In this document: in pieces, positions 10,028 through 20,019 of the stretch
Position numbering within the stretch: the stretch's first letter is position 1
How the letters are laid out: each line of letters begins with the position of its first letter
Source: a virus
Lineage: Duplodnaviria; Caudoviricetes
Length of the DNA stretch: 64,000 nucleotides
Virus record (IMG/VR): IMGVR_UViG_3300017780_003104
Location: 96,001 to 160,000 of that record
Strand: one strand, 5' to 3'
The notes under the pieces: generated by a model
What the model saw: only the letters and a program-made list of their open reading frames with translations
Database searches by the model: none
Told to the model about the DNA's origin: nothing
Position numbers and translations under genes: made by a program

Positions 10028-11337
10028 TGGCTAATGTTTTTAAAATAAATAATGTTGATTATGATTGTGAATTTAAACTGACTAATAAAGATAAGCAGGA
10101 AATAAAATTCACAAAATCAGCTATTCGTGGAATGACGATTGTTGATAATATATTTGAACCATTCATGTCAGGTTCGATATCTATTGCGAACCCTTATGAC
10201 TTTATCGAAAATGATTTATTCATACGAGGGGATGGGACTGATGAAATTCTCATTAAGTTTAAACCTAAAGAATCTAAAGGATTTGAGGATGAGGGATTTG
10301 AACAAACTTTTGTTATTGTAGATGATTCCGATATTGTAAATCCAGAAGTTCGATCAGAAAATGTTAAAGTTTTTGCATTAGTTGTGAAGGATGCAATCCC
10401 ATTTTCTGATAAAGTCCCATATAATAAAATATATACAGGTAAAGTTGGAGATATACTCAAAAAGATATTCCAAGAAGTTGGTGTGCCAACTGGAAGATGG
10501 GCATCTGGTGATTTTGAGGTAACATATATACCTCCAGCAACATTTAGATATATGGATGTTCTGAGATATCTATTAAGATTGTTTTATGCTAAATCGTCTG
10601 GTATTCACGTTAAAGGATTTATAGATTTTAATAAGAAAACTAAAGTATATGAATTTGATTTAATTTCTAATATATTTCAAAATAATAAAAAATTAACTAT
10701 GGAGGCTTTTATTGTTGGGGATATAACTTCGGATATAAGATTTAATAATCCAAACAACCCAATCAGTGGTCCTAAATTTGGAGAGTATATAGGTCAAGTT
10801 AAAAACTTAGGTTACTCAACCCCAATGTATTCATGGTCAACTGACTTTTTCTTAAATTCATTAGTTATGGGGTATGATCAGAAAATGGGTCAGATGAGAA
10901 TGGAAAAGATCAAATTTGAAGAATTTAAAAGTGCATGGAGTGGTGTATTCTCAGAACCATTTCAATCTATTGGTGGTGGTGGTAAAACATTTGCAATTGA
11001 GAGAAATAAAGATGTATTTAAAAGATTTAAATTCCCATATCCAGTAGAAGATGGAGTTGGAATGGTCGAATCCGAGATGGCTAATGCTCTAATATTCTAT
11101 AATTTACAATTATCATTTTCGAATATAGGTAATACCTCAAGAACTTCAAATAGATTTATCGATATAGTTTCACCTAGATCCGCAAAGGATAGGGAGAGGG
11201 AAAGTTTAAAGAGCGAAGAAAAGATATTAGGTCGTTGGTATGTTACGGAACTACACCACATCTTTAGTGGTGACTTATATACTAATAATATTTTAGCAAC
11301 TAAGACTTATATAGGTCCAACATCAACAGTGATATAA
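10027..11337 (+). CDS. Probable baseplate hub protein (gp27-like)
   Basis: IVDNIFEPFMSGSISI near the N-terminus and GRWYVTELHHIF at the C-terminus, typical of hub proteins. Confidence 0.45.
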   Translation: MANVFKINNVDYDCEFKLTNKDKQEIKFTKSAIRGMTIVDNIFEPFMSGSISIANPYDFIENDLFIRGDGTDEILIKFKPKESKGFEDEGFEQTFVIVDDSDIVNPEVRSENVKVFALVVKDAIPFSDKVPYNKIYTGKVGDILKKIFQEVGVPTGRWASGDFEVTYIPPATFRYMDVLRYLLRLFYAKSSGIHVKGFIDFNKKTKVYEFDLISNIFQNNKKLTMEAFIVGDITSDIRFNNPNNPISGPKFGEYIGQVKNLGYSTPMYSWSTDFFLNSLVMGYDQKMGQMRMEKIKFEEFKSAWSGVFSEPFQSIGGGGKTFAIERNKDVFKRFKFPYPVEDGVGMVESEMANALIFYNLQLSFSNIGNTSRTSNRFIDIVSPRSAKDRERESLKSEEKILGRWYVTELHHIFSGDLYTNNILATKTYIGPTSTVI

Positions 11338-11338
11338 G

Positions 11339-12235
11339 ATGAACAATAAAATAGAAACACTCAGAGCTACTTGGTTCACGAAAGATGAATCGCCTGAGAT
11401 ACAGGGATTTGATTTCAGCGAAGATGATAAGAAATTAGTAGAAGAGTTTAAAAAAATATATGAATTAGGCATACCCCAATTACAGAAATTTATATCTATA
11501 TTGGATCAATCGGACGATACATATAATATTCTATATTTTAAAAGTGTATTAAGAAATGGTCCATTCAAAGCACAAGTAGAACCATTGATAAAAGCTTCTA
11601 AAAAGCTTAAAGATTTAAGTGATAATATGGGTAATGTTGGAATACCAGTGTATAGTATGCAGAATGTAGTTGTATTCGAAGGGACAGAATGTGGTGAGTT
11701 GTCTAAGACAGTTAGTAGTAAATTACCTAAATTTATGGATGATGTATTCAAATCATCCATAAAAGTGGCTGAAGATGTATTTAGGGGTGGTGTGACCAGT
11801 TCAGCTTCTATAGATAATACATTACCAATAGAAGATAAGAGGAACCAAGCAAGATATGGAGCGGAACCATCTGGTGGATGGACCAGTGATCCAAATGCAA
11901 ATTACATGGTAAAGGATCGTTATTTCTATTTACAGATACAAAGTATCGAAAGCCAAATAAAGGGGAAAGTTGATGCATATATACAGGAGAGAACTAAGAT
12001 CCTTGAGGATATTAAAGATTATAATCCATTCGAGAAGGATAAGAATAAATCACTAGCAGCGACCCCAAAGAAAAATAAAATAACTGAAAAGGTTGATGGA
12101 GAAGAGATGGAATTAGATCTAATGGGTGATATTATGGTTACTAAAAAACAATTAAATAAAAAAGTTAAAATATCATCTAAAACATCCAATAAGCAAATTA
12201 ATCCAAATACAAATAAGGGACAATTGGATAGTTAA
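11339..12235 (+). CDS. Hypothetical protein in the structural module
   Basis: 298-aa ORF, 1 nt after the upstream stop; no motif recognised. Confidence 0.7.
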   Translation: MNNKIETLRATWFTKDESPEIQGFDFSEDDKKLVEEFKKIYELGIPQLQKFISILDQSDDTYNILYFKSVLRNGPFKAQVEPLIKASKKLKDLSDNMGNVGIPVYSMQNVVVFEGTECGELSKTVSSKLPKFMDDVFKSSIKVAEDVFRGGVTSSASIDNTLPIEDKRNQARYGAEPSGGWTSDPNANYMVKDRYFYLQIQSIESQIKGKVDAYIQERTKILEDIKDYNPFEKDKNKSLAATPKKNKITEKVDGEEMELDLMGDIMVTKKQLNKKVKISSKTSNKQINPNTNKGQLDS

Positions 12236-12236
12236 A

Positions 12237-12254
12237 TATATATATATATATATA
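12237..12254. repeat. (TA)9 microsatellite between the late-type TAAATA motif and the lysozyme start
   Basis: GTTAAA-TATATATATATATATATA-CG-ATG. Confidence 0.9.
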
Positions 12255-12256
12255 CG

Positions 12257-12934
12257 ATGAACGAAGAACTTTTAAATGAAAAGGTTAGAGATATGGTTAT
12301 GGCGTTATTGTCAATGGCTGCTACCGCATATGAGGTTAATTACATTTCCAATTATCTAGATAGTAGACCTGAACCAATTGAACAGAAAATAGAGGCATTG
12401 AAACAAGCAGATCAGGAGATAGATAATCCAGAATTTGATAATGCTGCAAGTAAAATTTTAAAATATTATGTTAATAAAGGTAAAAAGAAGTTACAGCCAA
12501 TTGTCATAGGGCAACCATCTATAAATAATACATTAATCAATTTTATAAAAAAATATGAACAATTTTCATCAAAACCATATTGGGATTATAAGCAGTATTC
12601 AATCGGGTATGGAACGAAGGCTAAACCTAATGATAGGGTTATATCAAAGGCTGATGCAGTTAATAGATTGAATTCCGAAGTTGCAAAGCATAGAAAAAAG
12701 ACTATCGAAGATGGGAAAAGATGGGGATATAAGTGGACACCGAAACAAATCGACGCATTGACTAGTTTTAGTTACAATGTTGGAAGTTTAAGTGGTTTAA
12801 CCGATAATGGCAGTAGACCTAATAATGTCATATCTAAGAAAATATTAGAGTATAATAAAGCAGATGGTAAGCCATTACCCGGTTTAACTAAGCGTAGAGT
12901 TGCAGAACGTAATATGTTTATAGCAAAAAATTAA
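12257..12934 (+). CDS. GH24 phage lysozyme with an N-terminal extension
   Basis: FIKKYEQF...YWD...SIGYG, QIDALTSFSYNVG and GLTKRRVAERNMF. Confidence 0.85.
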   Translation: MNEELLNEKVRDMVMALLSMAATAYEVNYISNYLDSRPEPIEQKIEALKQADQEIDNPEFDNAASKILKYYVNKGKKKLQPIVIGQPSINNTLINFIKKYEQFSSKPYWDYKQYSIGYGTKAKPNDRVISKADAVNRLNSEVAKHRKKTIEDGKRWGYKWTPKQIDALTSFSYNVGSLSGLTDNGSRPNNVISKKILEYNKADGKPLPGLTKRRVAERNMFIAKN

Positions 12935-13458
12935 ATATCGATTGCTGCTGGTTCCACTGGTTCCACTACCGTATCATTCTTATCGAACAGACGTTTAACG
13001 ACTTCTTCTCTACTTAAATAGAACCCAACACCAGTGCTGTTCGATTCATTAGTAGATTTAGCATCAATATCCATTTGTTTTATTTCTTTTTGACCTTTAA
13101 TCTTATCATCAGATAATTTAAGTTTGGAGAGAGAGTCGATAGCACCTGTAACAGCTTTGACCAATTCTGCCGTAGATTCAATAATTTTAGAATCACCCCC
13201 AGCCATTACATCTAATTTTAAACTTTCAATCATTTCAATAGATGATGATACAACAGACACGGCATTATCTATAATGAATTTTTCCAAATCTTCTTTTTGG
13301 AGATCTGGTCGTTCTTTTTCGATATTTTTTAGAGATTTTCCTTGATTTTTGATTTGGGATATAATTGAATCTACATCCCGATCAATTTCAGCATCTTCGT
13401 ATTCCATAGGGATATTTACTCTTGACATGTCCACTATATTAAATAAAGTAGATGTCAA
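12931..13458 (-). CDS. Probable terminase small subunit (gp16-like); an ATG at 13428 is an alternative start
   Basis: Helical core (IESTAELVKAVTGAIDSLSKL) and C-terminal FYLSREEVVKRL recall T4-like gp16. Confidence 0.45.
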   Translation of the reverse strand: MTSTLFNIVDMSRVNIPMEYEDAEIDRDVDSIISQIKNQGKSLKNIEKERPDLQKEDLEKFIIDNAVSVVSSSIEMIESLKLDVMAGGDSKIIESTAELVKAVTGAIDSLSKLKLSDDKIKGQKEIKQMDIDAKSTNESNSTGVGFYLSREEVVKRLFDKNDTVVEPVEPAAIDI

Positions 13459-13676
13459 ATGCTAAAGACCATGTGAAATATAAGATTTCCAGACAGAATG
13501 ACGGCACTTATGCAATCTTAAAAAAAAGTATAAATGGAAAAAACGTTGACATCCATTCAACTCATGATACATATGATGAAGCGAAGGATGAATTGACTGA
13601 TATTCATCACAAACCCAATCAGGTGGAGACAATGATATTCTTAAATGACCTGAAAGATTCAATAAAAAATATATGA
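13452..13676 (+). CDS. Hypothetical protein
   Basis: ATG 6 nt after TAAATA; ATGA overlap with the next gene. Confidence 0.6.
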   Translation: MSNAKDHVKYKISRQNDGTYAILKKSINGKNVDIHSTHDTYDEAKDELTDIHHKPNQVETMIFLNDLKDSIKNI

Positions 13677-14758
13677 ACGTAAAAGAGCAAGTAATACAGG
13701 CAAGACATAATGGTTATACATATAGTCAAATAACAGACCATTTTGGTATAGCTAAGTCAACAGCCCAAGGTTGGTATGGTAAGTATATAGAAGATCTAGG
13801 TGAAAATGTGACACAAGGATATTATGAACATAGTGCTCCCGTCGTTAATGCTTATGTCAACGACAATCTCCAAAGAGATAAGCCACAGCGATTTAAAAAA
13901 AGTGAAGATGAGGTTCTCGAATTTCTTTCCCAATTAGCACCTATTAAAGTTTCACCCCGTTATGAAAAAGAGTCAAAAATGACTTTAAATGATTATGCGG
14001 TTGTTGGATCTGATTTCCATTTTGGTTGTCATGATAATAAGGCTATTGATATCTTTCTAGAGACGATCTTTCAATTGAAACCAAAGACTATTATTCTCAA
14101 TGGCGATACCATGGATTTCCTAGCGATTTCAAAGTATCCCAAAGATATGAAGCATAATTGGTCCTTACAGACTGAACGTGTTGAATATCATGCATTCTTG
14201 GATGAATTGATTAATATTTCGGGCGGTGCTGAAATATTTGAAACTGTATCTAATCACTCCGGTCAAAGTATTGGTGGTAGATGGAGACGGTACTTAGCAG
14301 ATAGAATTGGCGAACTTGCATGTTTACCAGAAATCACTGAAACATTATCATACGAAAATGTGTTTATGGGCGATTACAAAAATAGAATTAAACATGTTGA
14401 TTACGTCGATTTGAATGGATTGATTGTTACACACGGGGAAACCGTTCGAAAAAATGGTGGAGCATCTGCCAGAGGAGAAATTGATAAGTGGCACACTTCT
14501 ATATTACATGGTCATACACACAGAATCGGGGCAACTTGCCAGAGAATTCCGACAATCGCTGGAAGAGAAGAAAAACAATTAATTGGAATTGAGGGTGGGT
14601 GTTTGTGTGATTTAAAGGCACTATATGGGTCTGCCATGAATTGGCAACAAGGATTCAATATTGTATCACTTGCAGAAGATACCTTCGGGGTAGAGCAAGT
14701 TTACATCAACAATGGGGTAGCGAATATTTCCACTCTTGGGGCAACTATTAAGTCTTGA
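13673..14758 (+). CDS. HTH-fused calcineurin-like metallophosphoesterase
   Basis: N-terminal HTH (YTYSQITDHFGIAKSTAQGW); SDFH, NGDTMD, SNH, THGE and HGHTH motifs. Confidence 0.8.
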   Translation: MNVKEQVIQARHNGYTYSQITDHFGIAKSTAQGWYGKYIEDLGENVTQGYYEHSAPVVNAYVNDNLQRDKPQRFKKSEDEVLEFLSQLAPIKVSPRYEKESKMTLNDYAVVGSDFHFGCHDNKAIDIFLETIFQLKPKTIILNGDTMDFLAISKYPKDMKHNWSLQTERVEYHAFLDELINISGGAEIFETVSNHSGQSIGGRWRRYLADRIGELACLPEITETLSYENVFMGDYKNRIKHVDYVDLNGLIVTHGETVRKNGGASARGEIDKWHTSILHGHTHRIGATCQRIPTIAGREEKQLIGIEGGCLCDLKALYGSAMNWQQGFNIVSLAEDTFGVEQVYINNGVANISTLGATIKS

Positions 14759-14782
14759 CATTAATTAAAACCGAATCATGAT
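14755..14782 (+). promoter_or_regulatory. Sigma70-like promoter whose spacer is the repeated phage motif
   Basis: TTGACA-ttaattaaaaccgaat(16 nt)-CATGAT-N6-ATG(14789); same layout at 27844-27871. Confidence 0.7.
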
Positions 14783-14788
14783 CGAGAC

Positions 14789-15298
14789 ATGGAATTTTTA
14801 ATATCTAATATAGGCGAGGAGTGGATGGATCTGGTTAATGAGTTTCCAGAATTCATTCTGGAACTGTCTCCATACACCAATGAGTGGTATTGTGAACATG
14901 TATTATATGCCAAGAATTTTAATCGTATTCCACCATCAAAGGAACTTATATGTAATCTTAGATACGGATTCGAATGTGGTATTGGATGGAAAAATATTAT
15001 TCGTGACTATTTCTTTCAAATTAGAAATCTATTGAATACCGCCAAAGAGAACGGAGACGAGATTCATTATAAGACATTTATTTTTAAAGAAAAATTTGGA
15101 GAACTTCGGGATCAGGGGGATTTCTATGGACCCGCTAGGATAGAATATTGGGACGATTACGTTAAATTGGATAAAATCTTATTATCGAAGTCTGTATCGG
15201 TATGTGAAGTTTGTGGGGATGATGGTGCATTAATGAGAAGAGGTGGTCGGTTAAAAACTGTATGCCCTCAACATGCAGTTGAGAATGATTATAAATAA
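14789..15298 (+). CDS. Conserved phage hypothetical protein with a C-terminal Zn-ribbon
   Basis: CGIGW, KEKFGELR and CEVCG...KTVC motifs. Confidence 0.65.
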   Translation: MEFLISNIGEEWMDLVNEFPEFILELSPYTNEWYCEHVLYAKNFNRIPPSKELICNLRYGFECGIGWKNIIRDYFFQIRNLLNTAKENGDEIHYKTFIFKEKFGELRDQGDFYGPARIEYWDDYVKLDKILLSKSVSVCEVCGDDGALMRRGGRLKTVCPQHAVENDYK

Positions 15299-15321
15299 TA
15301 TATTAAATATTAAATATATTA

Positions 15322-16215
15322 ATGATTCCATTTAATTTATTCTTAGAACGAAAACAAAGAAATCCTCTTAGGAAAGAGGAATTGGCTGCGTCTGGAAGCG
15401 AAGATATTATGTCACCGAAATTCTGGGAGACATATAGAACATATTATAGAAAATATCCAGTAGAATCTATGCCAGATCCTTCTGACCAAGTTATTAAGAG
15501 AAAATATGATGATTTATTTAAATCATCAGAAGCTTTAGCCGAAAAGTATTTGGATTCTGAGATAATGAAAATTATCAATAAACTCAAAAGACCAACCACT
15601 AAGGAATATAAAAAGGTATATGAGTATCAAGGAGTTCAAGTATTTGTAGATGAGGTAAATGTCGAAGATACTAATTATGCTCCGGGGTCATATAATTATA
15701 GAATGGTTAAACATAATGTATTAGTCATGTTGACATATGTTAGGGATATATTGCCAAATAGAAAACCTAGAATAGTTATAACTAGTTTAGCAAAAAACCC
15801 ACACACAAAAGATTCATATGATCCAAGCAATCCATCTGCTGGTATGGCATATAGTAAATTAATTTATATTGATGAGAACCATATGGATGATTCTGTATAT
15901 TATGTACATGAATATGCTCATTGGGTTGCTGATCTAATACCCGCACAAACACAAGAAATGCTAATTAAAGCATTTAAGAAATTTATCGATTTATATTATA
16001 AGAAACAAAATCTTAAAAAGTCTCAAGATAGACAAAAAGAATTAACGGATTCTCAGAGAATTAAGATTGCAGCAAAGTTAGGATTCCCCGAATACGGACT
16101 GACCAACCATGATGAATTCTTTGCAGTATTAATTGAAAATTGGAAACAATTACCTAATAATAAAATGACATATAAATTTAAATCTTTGGTTAAGAATGTA
16201 ATAACAAGGCTATAA
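15322..16215 (+). CDS. Zincin-like metallopeptidase, possibly a head-internal protein
   Basis: HEYAH (HExxH) plus downstream YGLTNHDEFFA; TAAATA-N5-ATG start. Confidence 0.6.
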   Translation: MIPFNLFLERKQRNPLRKEELAASGSEDIMSPKFWETYRTYYRKYPVESMPDPSDQVIKRKYDDLFKSSEALAEKYLDSEIMKIINKLKRPTTKEYKKVYEYQGVQVFVDEVNVEDTNYAPGSYNYRMVKHNVLVMLTYVRDILPNRKPRIVITSLAKNPHTKDSYDPSNPSAGMAYSKLIYIDENHMDDSVYYVHEYAHWVADLIPAQTQEMLIKAFKKFIDLYYKKQNLKKSQDRQKELTDSQRIKIAAKLGFPEYGLTNHDEFFAVLIENWKQLPNNKMTYKFKSLVKNVITRL

Positions 16216-16219
16216 TAGA

Positions 16220-16411
16220 ATGAAAGTAATACACGAAGGAGTAATTGGAAGTCATAGTTTCCAAATGGTAGATAATACAACGATTGAGGTTTGGAGTGAT
16301 TTTGATAACGATCAACCAGAATCTTACATATTTGTAAATGAGGGGGCTGTAAATGATGAAAAGTCATTTCATGCGGAAATTTCATATTGGTACATGAAAA
16401 ATGTGGGGTAA
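16220..16411 (+). CDS. Hypothetical protein
   Basis: Short ORF tightly packed in the operon. Confidence 0.55.
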   Translation: MKVIHEGVIGSHSFQMVDNTTIEVWSDFDNDQPESYIFVNEGAVNDEKSFHAEISYWYMKNVG

Positions 16412-16616
16412 ATCATCAACTGAATCTTGGTATATTGAGGAGAATGAAAAACTCCGAGAATATTTAAAATGGACACTTGAAATGTTGAAACATTTTCCCA
16501 TGGAAGCTTCTCATGAAGGTGGTTGCTCTCCACCAATGACTCCTTGCGATGGGGGATGTTCAGCCGCATACCATTTCCATAAAACTATTAATGAAATTGA
16601 GGATATGTTGAATTAA
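16401..16616 (+). CDS. Hypothetical protein with a Cys/His cluster
   Basis: HEGGC...CDGGC...YH; stop merges into the repeated motif. Confidence 0.55.
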   Translation: MWGKSSTESWYIEENEKLREYLKWTLEMLKHFPMEASHEGGCSPPMTPCDGGCSAAYHFHKTINEIEDMLN

Positions 16617-16640
16617 TTAAAACCGAAATATCGTAGGCCC

Positions 16641-17555
16641 ATGAACTTGGACCTAAAACAAACACCATTTATGAAGGTGTCGGATATTGTAATACCTGAC
16701 ACCTTCTATAATAGGCTTAAAACGGGCATAGATGCGCTTGATAACATATTTGGTATGGGATTACTTCCCGGATCAACAATCACGCTCAAGGCACTACCGG
16801 GAGTCGGAAAGAGTGTATTCTCTTTAACTCTATCTGAGATGCTTACCGATTGTGGTTATAAAGTTGGATATACTTCGGGCGAGGAGGATATTCGTCAACT
16901 TGCGTATAATTGTAAGAGACTTGGGATTGAAAATACTGAAATTAGCAATATCACTGATATTGACGAAATTTTAAGTATAATGCCAGATAAGGATTTCATG
17001 GTTATTGATTCATTTCAAACATTAACGACAACTAGAAAATTAAATTCTAGAGAAAGGATCAAATATTTCAATGACAATCTTGTAAGAGTCGCTAAGGAAC
17101 ACGAATGCACCATATTATTCGTCGTTCAAGAATTGGCCGATGGAACGATCAGAGGTGGCACTTCCCTATTATATGCGGTGGATGTCAATATGCAGATATT
17201 AAAAAACAAGGAAGATAAAAATTCTAGAATTTTTGATGTTTACAAGAATAGATTTGGTGCTACAATGCAACACGAAGCGAGATTCGGACCTTCAGGTTAT
17301 GAATTTGTGGGTGAATATAGCGAAACAGAAGATATGGAAGACGAAAAAACTAAGAAAGCCCCAGTAAAGGAGAGTCGAAAATCCGATATCCTTAGTATGG
17401 ATGAGCCACCATTAATTACCGTTAAACGTGTAATGGATGAATTAGATATCAAAGAACAAACTGCAAAATTGCTCCTATCTGAACTTGAGAATGATATGAA
17501 ACTTATCAAGTATGGTAGAGGGATGGATGCTATTTGGAAATTTTATAAACAATGA
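16641..17555 (+). CDS. RadA/Sms-like RecA-fold ATPase
   Basis: TGIDALDNIFG, Walker A ALPGVGKS, YTSGEE, VIDSFQ and KNRFG. Confidence 0.85.
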   Translation: MNLDLKQTPFMKVSDIVIPDTFYNRLKTGIDALDNIFGMGLLPGSTITLKALPGVGKSVFSLTLSEMLTDCGYKVGYTSGEEDIRQLAYNCKRLGIENTEISNITDIDEILSIMPDKDFMVIDSFQTLTTTRKLNSRERIKYFNDNLVRVAKEHECTILFVVQELADGTIRGGTSLLYAVDVNMQILKNKEDKNSRIFDVYKNRFGATMQHEARFGPSGYEFVGEYSETEDMEDEKTKKAPVKESRKSDILSMDEPPLITVKRVMDELDIKEQTAKLLLSELENDMKLIKYGRGMDAIWKFYKQ

Positions 17556-17773
17556 GTGATATAACACTACCAATAGAAATGGCTCAATTATCAGTTGAGG
17601 AAATTGGCTCAATTTTCTTAGTTATGGCTATGCCTAAGTTATCCGAGGAAACTAGAATCAGATTATCCAAGGATGAGGTTTTTACCAAAACACTAAAATC
17701 AATGATAGAGGAAGAAATTATAATCATCAATGAAGATGGTGGTGGTGTAGATATAGATTTAACTTGGTTATGA
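17552..17773 (+). CDS. Hypothetical protein
   Basis: ATGA overlap with the upstream gene. Confidence 0.55.
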   Translation: MSDITLPIEMAQLSVEEIGSIFLVMAMPKLSEETRIRLSKDEVFTKTLKSMIEEEIIIINEDGGGVDIDLTWL

Positions 17774-18309
17774 GCAATGAATGGCACGGCGGTAAGGGTA
17801 GTAAATCTAGAGTGTCTGATATGAAGTCATATTGGAATAGTTCACTTTGGGATAAAAGTAATACAGAAAAAAAAGATATGACAGAAATAAAAAGATTCTT
17901 ATTTTTAGATGATGTGAGAGATGTGCCACATGCATATCTATGGGATGATAATATATCGTTATTATCTAAATCTGGAATTCCTGCTTATAAATGGGATATC
18001 GTAAGATCTTACGATGAATTTGTAAGTTATATTGATTTAAAGGGAATACCAGATGTTGTTAGTTTTGATAATGATTTGTGGGATGTTTCACATGAACTTG
18101 CTACAAATCCTAGTAGTGAAGAACTCACAAAACAATTCTTGATGGAAGGTTGGGAAGACTTTTCAATTAAAACCGGAGCACACTGCGCGGAGTATTTGGT
18201 GGCTGCGTGTAAATTAAAAAATACTCCAATACCAACTTACTATGTCCATTCTGCGAATGGAACTGCAAGACCAATAATTAGAAAGATTTTAGAAAATGGG
18301 AAATTATAA
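17764..18309 (+). CDS. Cyclic-phosphate processing receiver-domain protein
   Basis: LFLDDVR, VRSYDEF, VSFDNDL, KTGAHCAEYL and VHSANG match this receiver-like family. Confidence 0.75.
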   Translation: MVMSNEWHGGKGSKSRVSDMKSYWNSSLWDKSNTEKKDMTEIKRFLFLDDVRDVPHAYLWDDNISLLSKSGIPAYKWDIVRSYDEFVSYIDLKGIPDVVSFDNDLWDVSHELATNPSSEELTKQFLMEGWEDFSIKTGAHCAEYLVAACKLKNTPIPTYYVHSANGTARPIIRKILENGKL

Positions 18310-19024
18310 ATTTAGATCAAATGAAATAATATTACTTGGGGATACTCATAGTACGAGTGTTGTTCGGGATATAATTGCAACAAGAATCCCAGATGGGAGC
18401 GATATCATTCATTTGGGTGATGTTGGTCTTGGATTTGGAGACTTGTCATATTCTATCGATAACGCACTATCATGGCTTGGTATTTTCAATAAGCTATGTA
18501 GTAAACTTAACATTAATCTATACCTAATTCGCGGTAATCATGATAATACATCATTGAAGATTTGGGACTCTAAGTGGTCTAATGTCTTTTTGATCCATAA
18601 CAATGCCTATGCAACTTTCCCGAATGGAAAGAAGGTATTGTTTCTTGGTGGTGGTATAAGTATTGATAGAATTATAAGAACTCTCGATAATGATTATTGG
18701 GTCGATGAAGCTACACATCCCATTGAGACTGTTGAAAAATGTGATATCATATTTTCTCATGATTGTCCAGAAATCTTCAATCACTCATCTCATACTATTC
18801 CAACTCATTGGAAGACATATAATGACAAAGATGTGACATTATATGATGATTGCGTTAATCAACGTAAAGTGATAGGTGATATAGTGAATAAATCGGAAGC
18901 GTCTACTATATTTTATGGACATTTCCATAACCGGATCAGACAACAAATAGACGGTGTATACGCTCGTTGTGTGGATATAAACGAATTGGAATTTTTTGAT
19001 GCTAACAAAACATACACGATATGA
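18296..19024 (+). CDS. Calcineurin-like metallophosphoesterase
   Basis: GDTH, GDVG, RGNHD, FSHDCP and YGHFH. Confidence 0.85.
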   Translation: MGNYKFRSNEIILLGDTHSTSVVRDIIATRIPDGSDIIHLGDVGLGFGDLSYSIDNALSWLGIFNKLCSKLNINLYLIRGNHDNTSLKIWDSKWSNVFLIHNNAYATFPNGKKVLFLGGGISIDRIIRTLDNDYWVDEATHPIETVEKCDIIFSHDCPEIFNHSSHTIPTHWKTYNDKDVTLYDDCVNQRKVIGDIVNKSEASTIFYGHFHNRIRQQIDGVYARCVDINELEFFDANKTYTI

Positions 19025-19593
19025 AAAAGAAATTATTTTTAGATTTTGATAATACATTGGCACACTCGCTATATGCTTCCAATAAAAAACATGCAGATGA
19101 TTTAATTTACGAGTATGGTGAGGTGTTTGAAGGTGAAAAATTCCATCTTAGGGGTGATGGGTGGATGACTACATTTAAAAGATCATGGACTGACGAACTT
19201 CTAAGATTCTCTAGAGAATTATACGGTGAGGATAATGTATATATTTTAACAACTGGAACAGTAGACTACATCGGATGGTGTAATGTTGTATTAAAATTGG
19301 AATTTGATCCTAATACGAATATTTTCGGTAGAGAGGATATAGTCAGACAAGATATTCATCCAAAATTCGTAGATACATTCAATGTATTAGTCGATGATCT
19401 GTTATACTATGATCATAGTATAGGTGATAGGTGTAAGGTAAATTTCCTAAACAAGATACCACCAGAACAATTCATTAACGTGGAGTATTTTAGTGTGCAT
19501 CAAACATCAACCCTAATAAGTGATAAGGATTATATCAAAGAACTCAAATGTAGAATTGTAGAAGCATTCGAATCAATTAAAACCGAAATATAA
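19021..19593 (+). CDS. HAD-superfamily phosphatase
   Basis: LFLDFDNTL (DxDxT), ILTTG and LVDD. Confidence 0.7.
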   Translation: MKKKLFLDFDNTLAHSLYASNKKHADDLIYEYGEVFEGEKFHLRGDGWMTTFKRSWTDELLRFSRELYGEDNVYILTTGTVDYIGWCNVVLKLEFDPNTNIFGREDIVRQDIHPKFVDTFNVLVDDLLYYDHSIGDRCKVNFLNKIPPEQFINVEYFSVHQTSTLISDKDYIKELKCRIVEAFESIKTEI

Positions 19594-19600
19594 TTGCGAC

Positions 19601-19789
19601 ATGATCAAAGAACTATTACGAGAAATTAAGGAAACTTGGGGATATGAGACTGAGGAGTTGAATGATATCCGAGAAAAAATGGAAGAAGTAGGACATTCAT
19701 ATTTTTGGATGGGTTATGGTGAACGAACAGAGGAAATGCGAGAAGCTTCTGTATTTACAGGATACGGAAAACCGGAAGACTTTGAATAA
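19601..19789 (+). CDS. Hypothetical protein
   Basis: ATG 6 nt after a repeated motif. Confidence 0.65.
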   Translation: MIKELLREIKETWGYETEELNDIREKMEEVGHSYFWMGYGERTEEMREASVFTGYGKPEDFE

Positions 19790-20019
19790 TGAGTGCTAAG
19801 AAAAAAACCAAAACTATGGTTAACGAGGATTTATATGAACAGGATGAAACCTTGATAGCTTTGAAAGAGAGATATTTCAAACTTCTACGACAAGAGAATT
19901 ATCCAAAGACTAAGCAACTAACAAACACATTAGATAAATTGGAAGTCGCTATAAATTCAAGAAAATTAGAAATTGTCACAAACAAGGGAAAGGAAACAAT
20001 ACCAGATGAAATTACCTGA
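19789..20019 (+). CDS. Hypothetical protein
   Basis: TAATG overlap with the upstream gene. Confidence 0.55.
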   Translation: MSAKKKTKTMVNEDLYEQDETLIALKERYFKLLRQENYPKTKQLTNTLDKLEVAINSRKLEIVTNKGKETIPDEIT

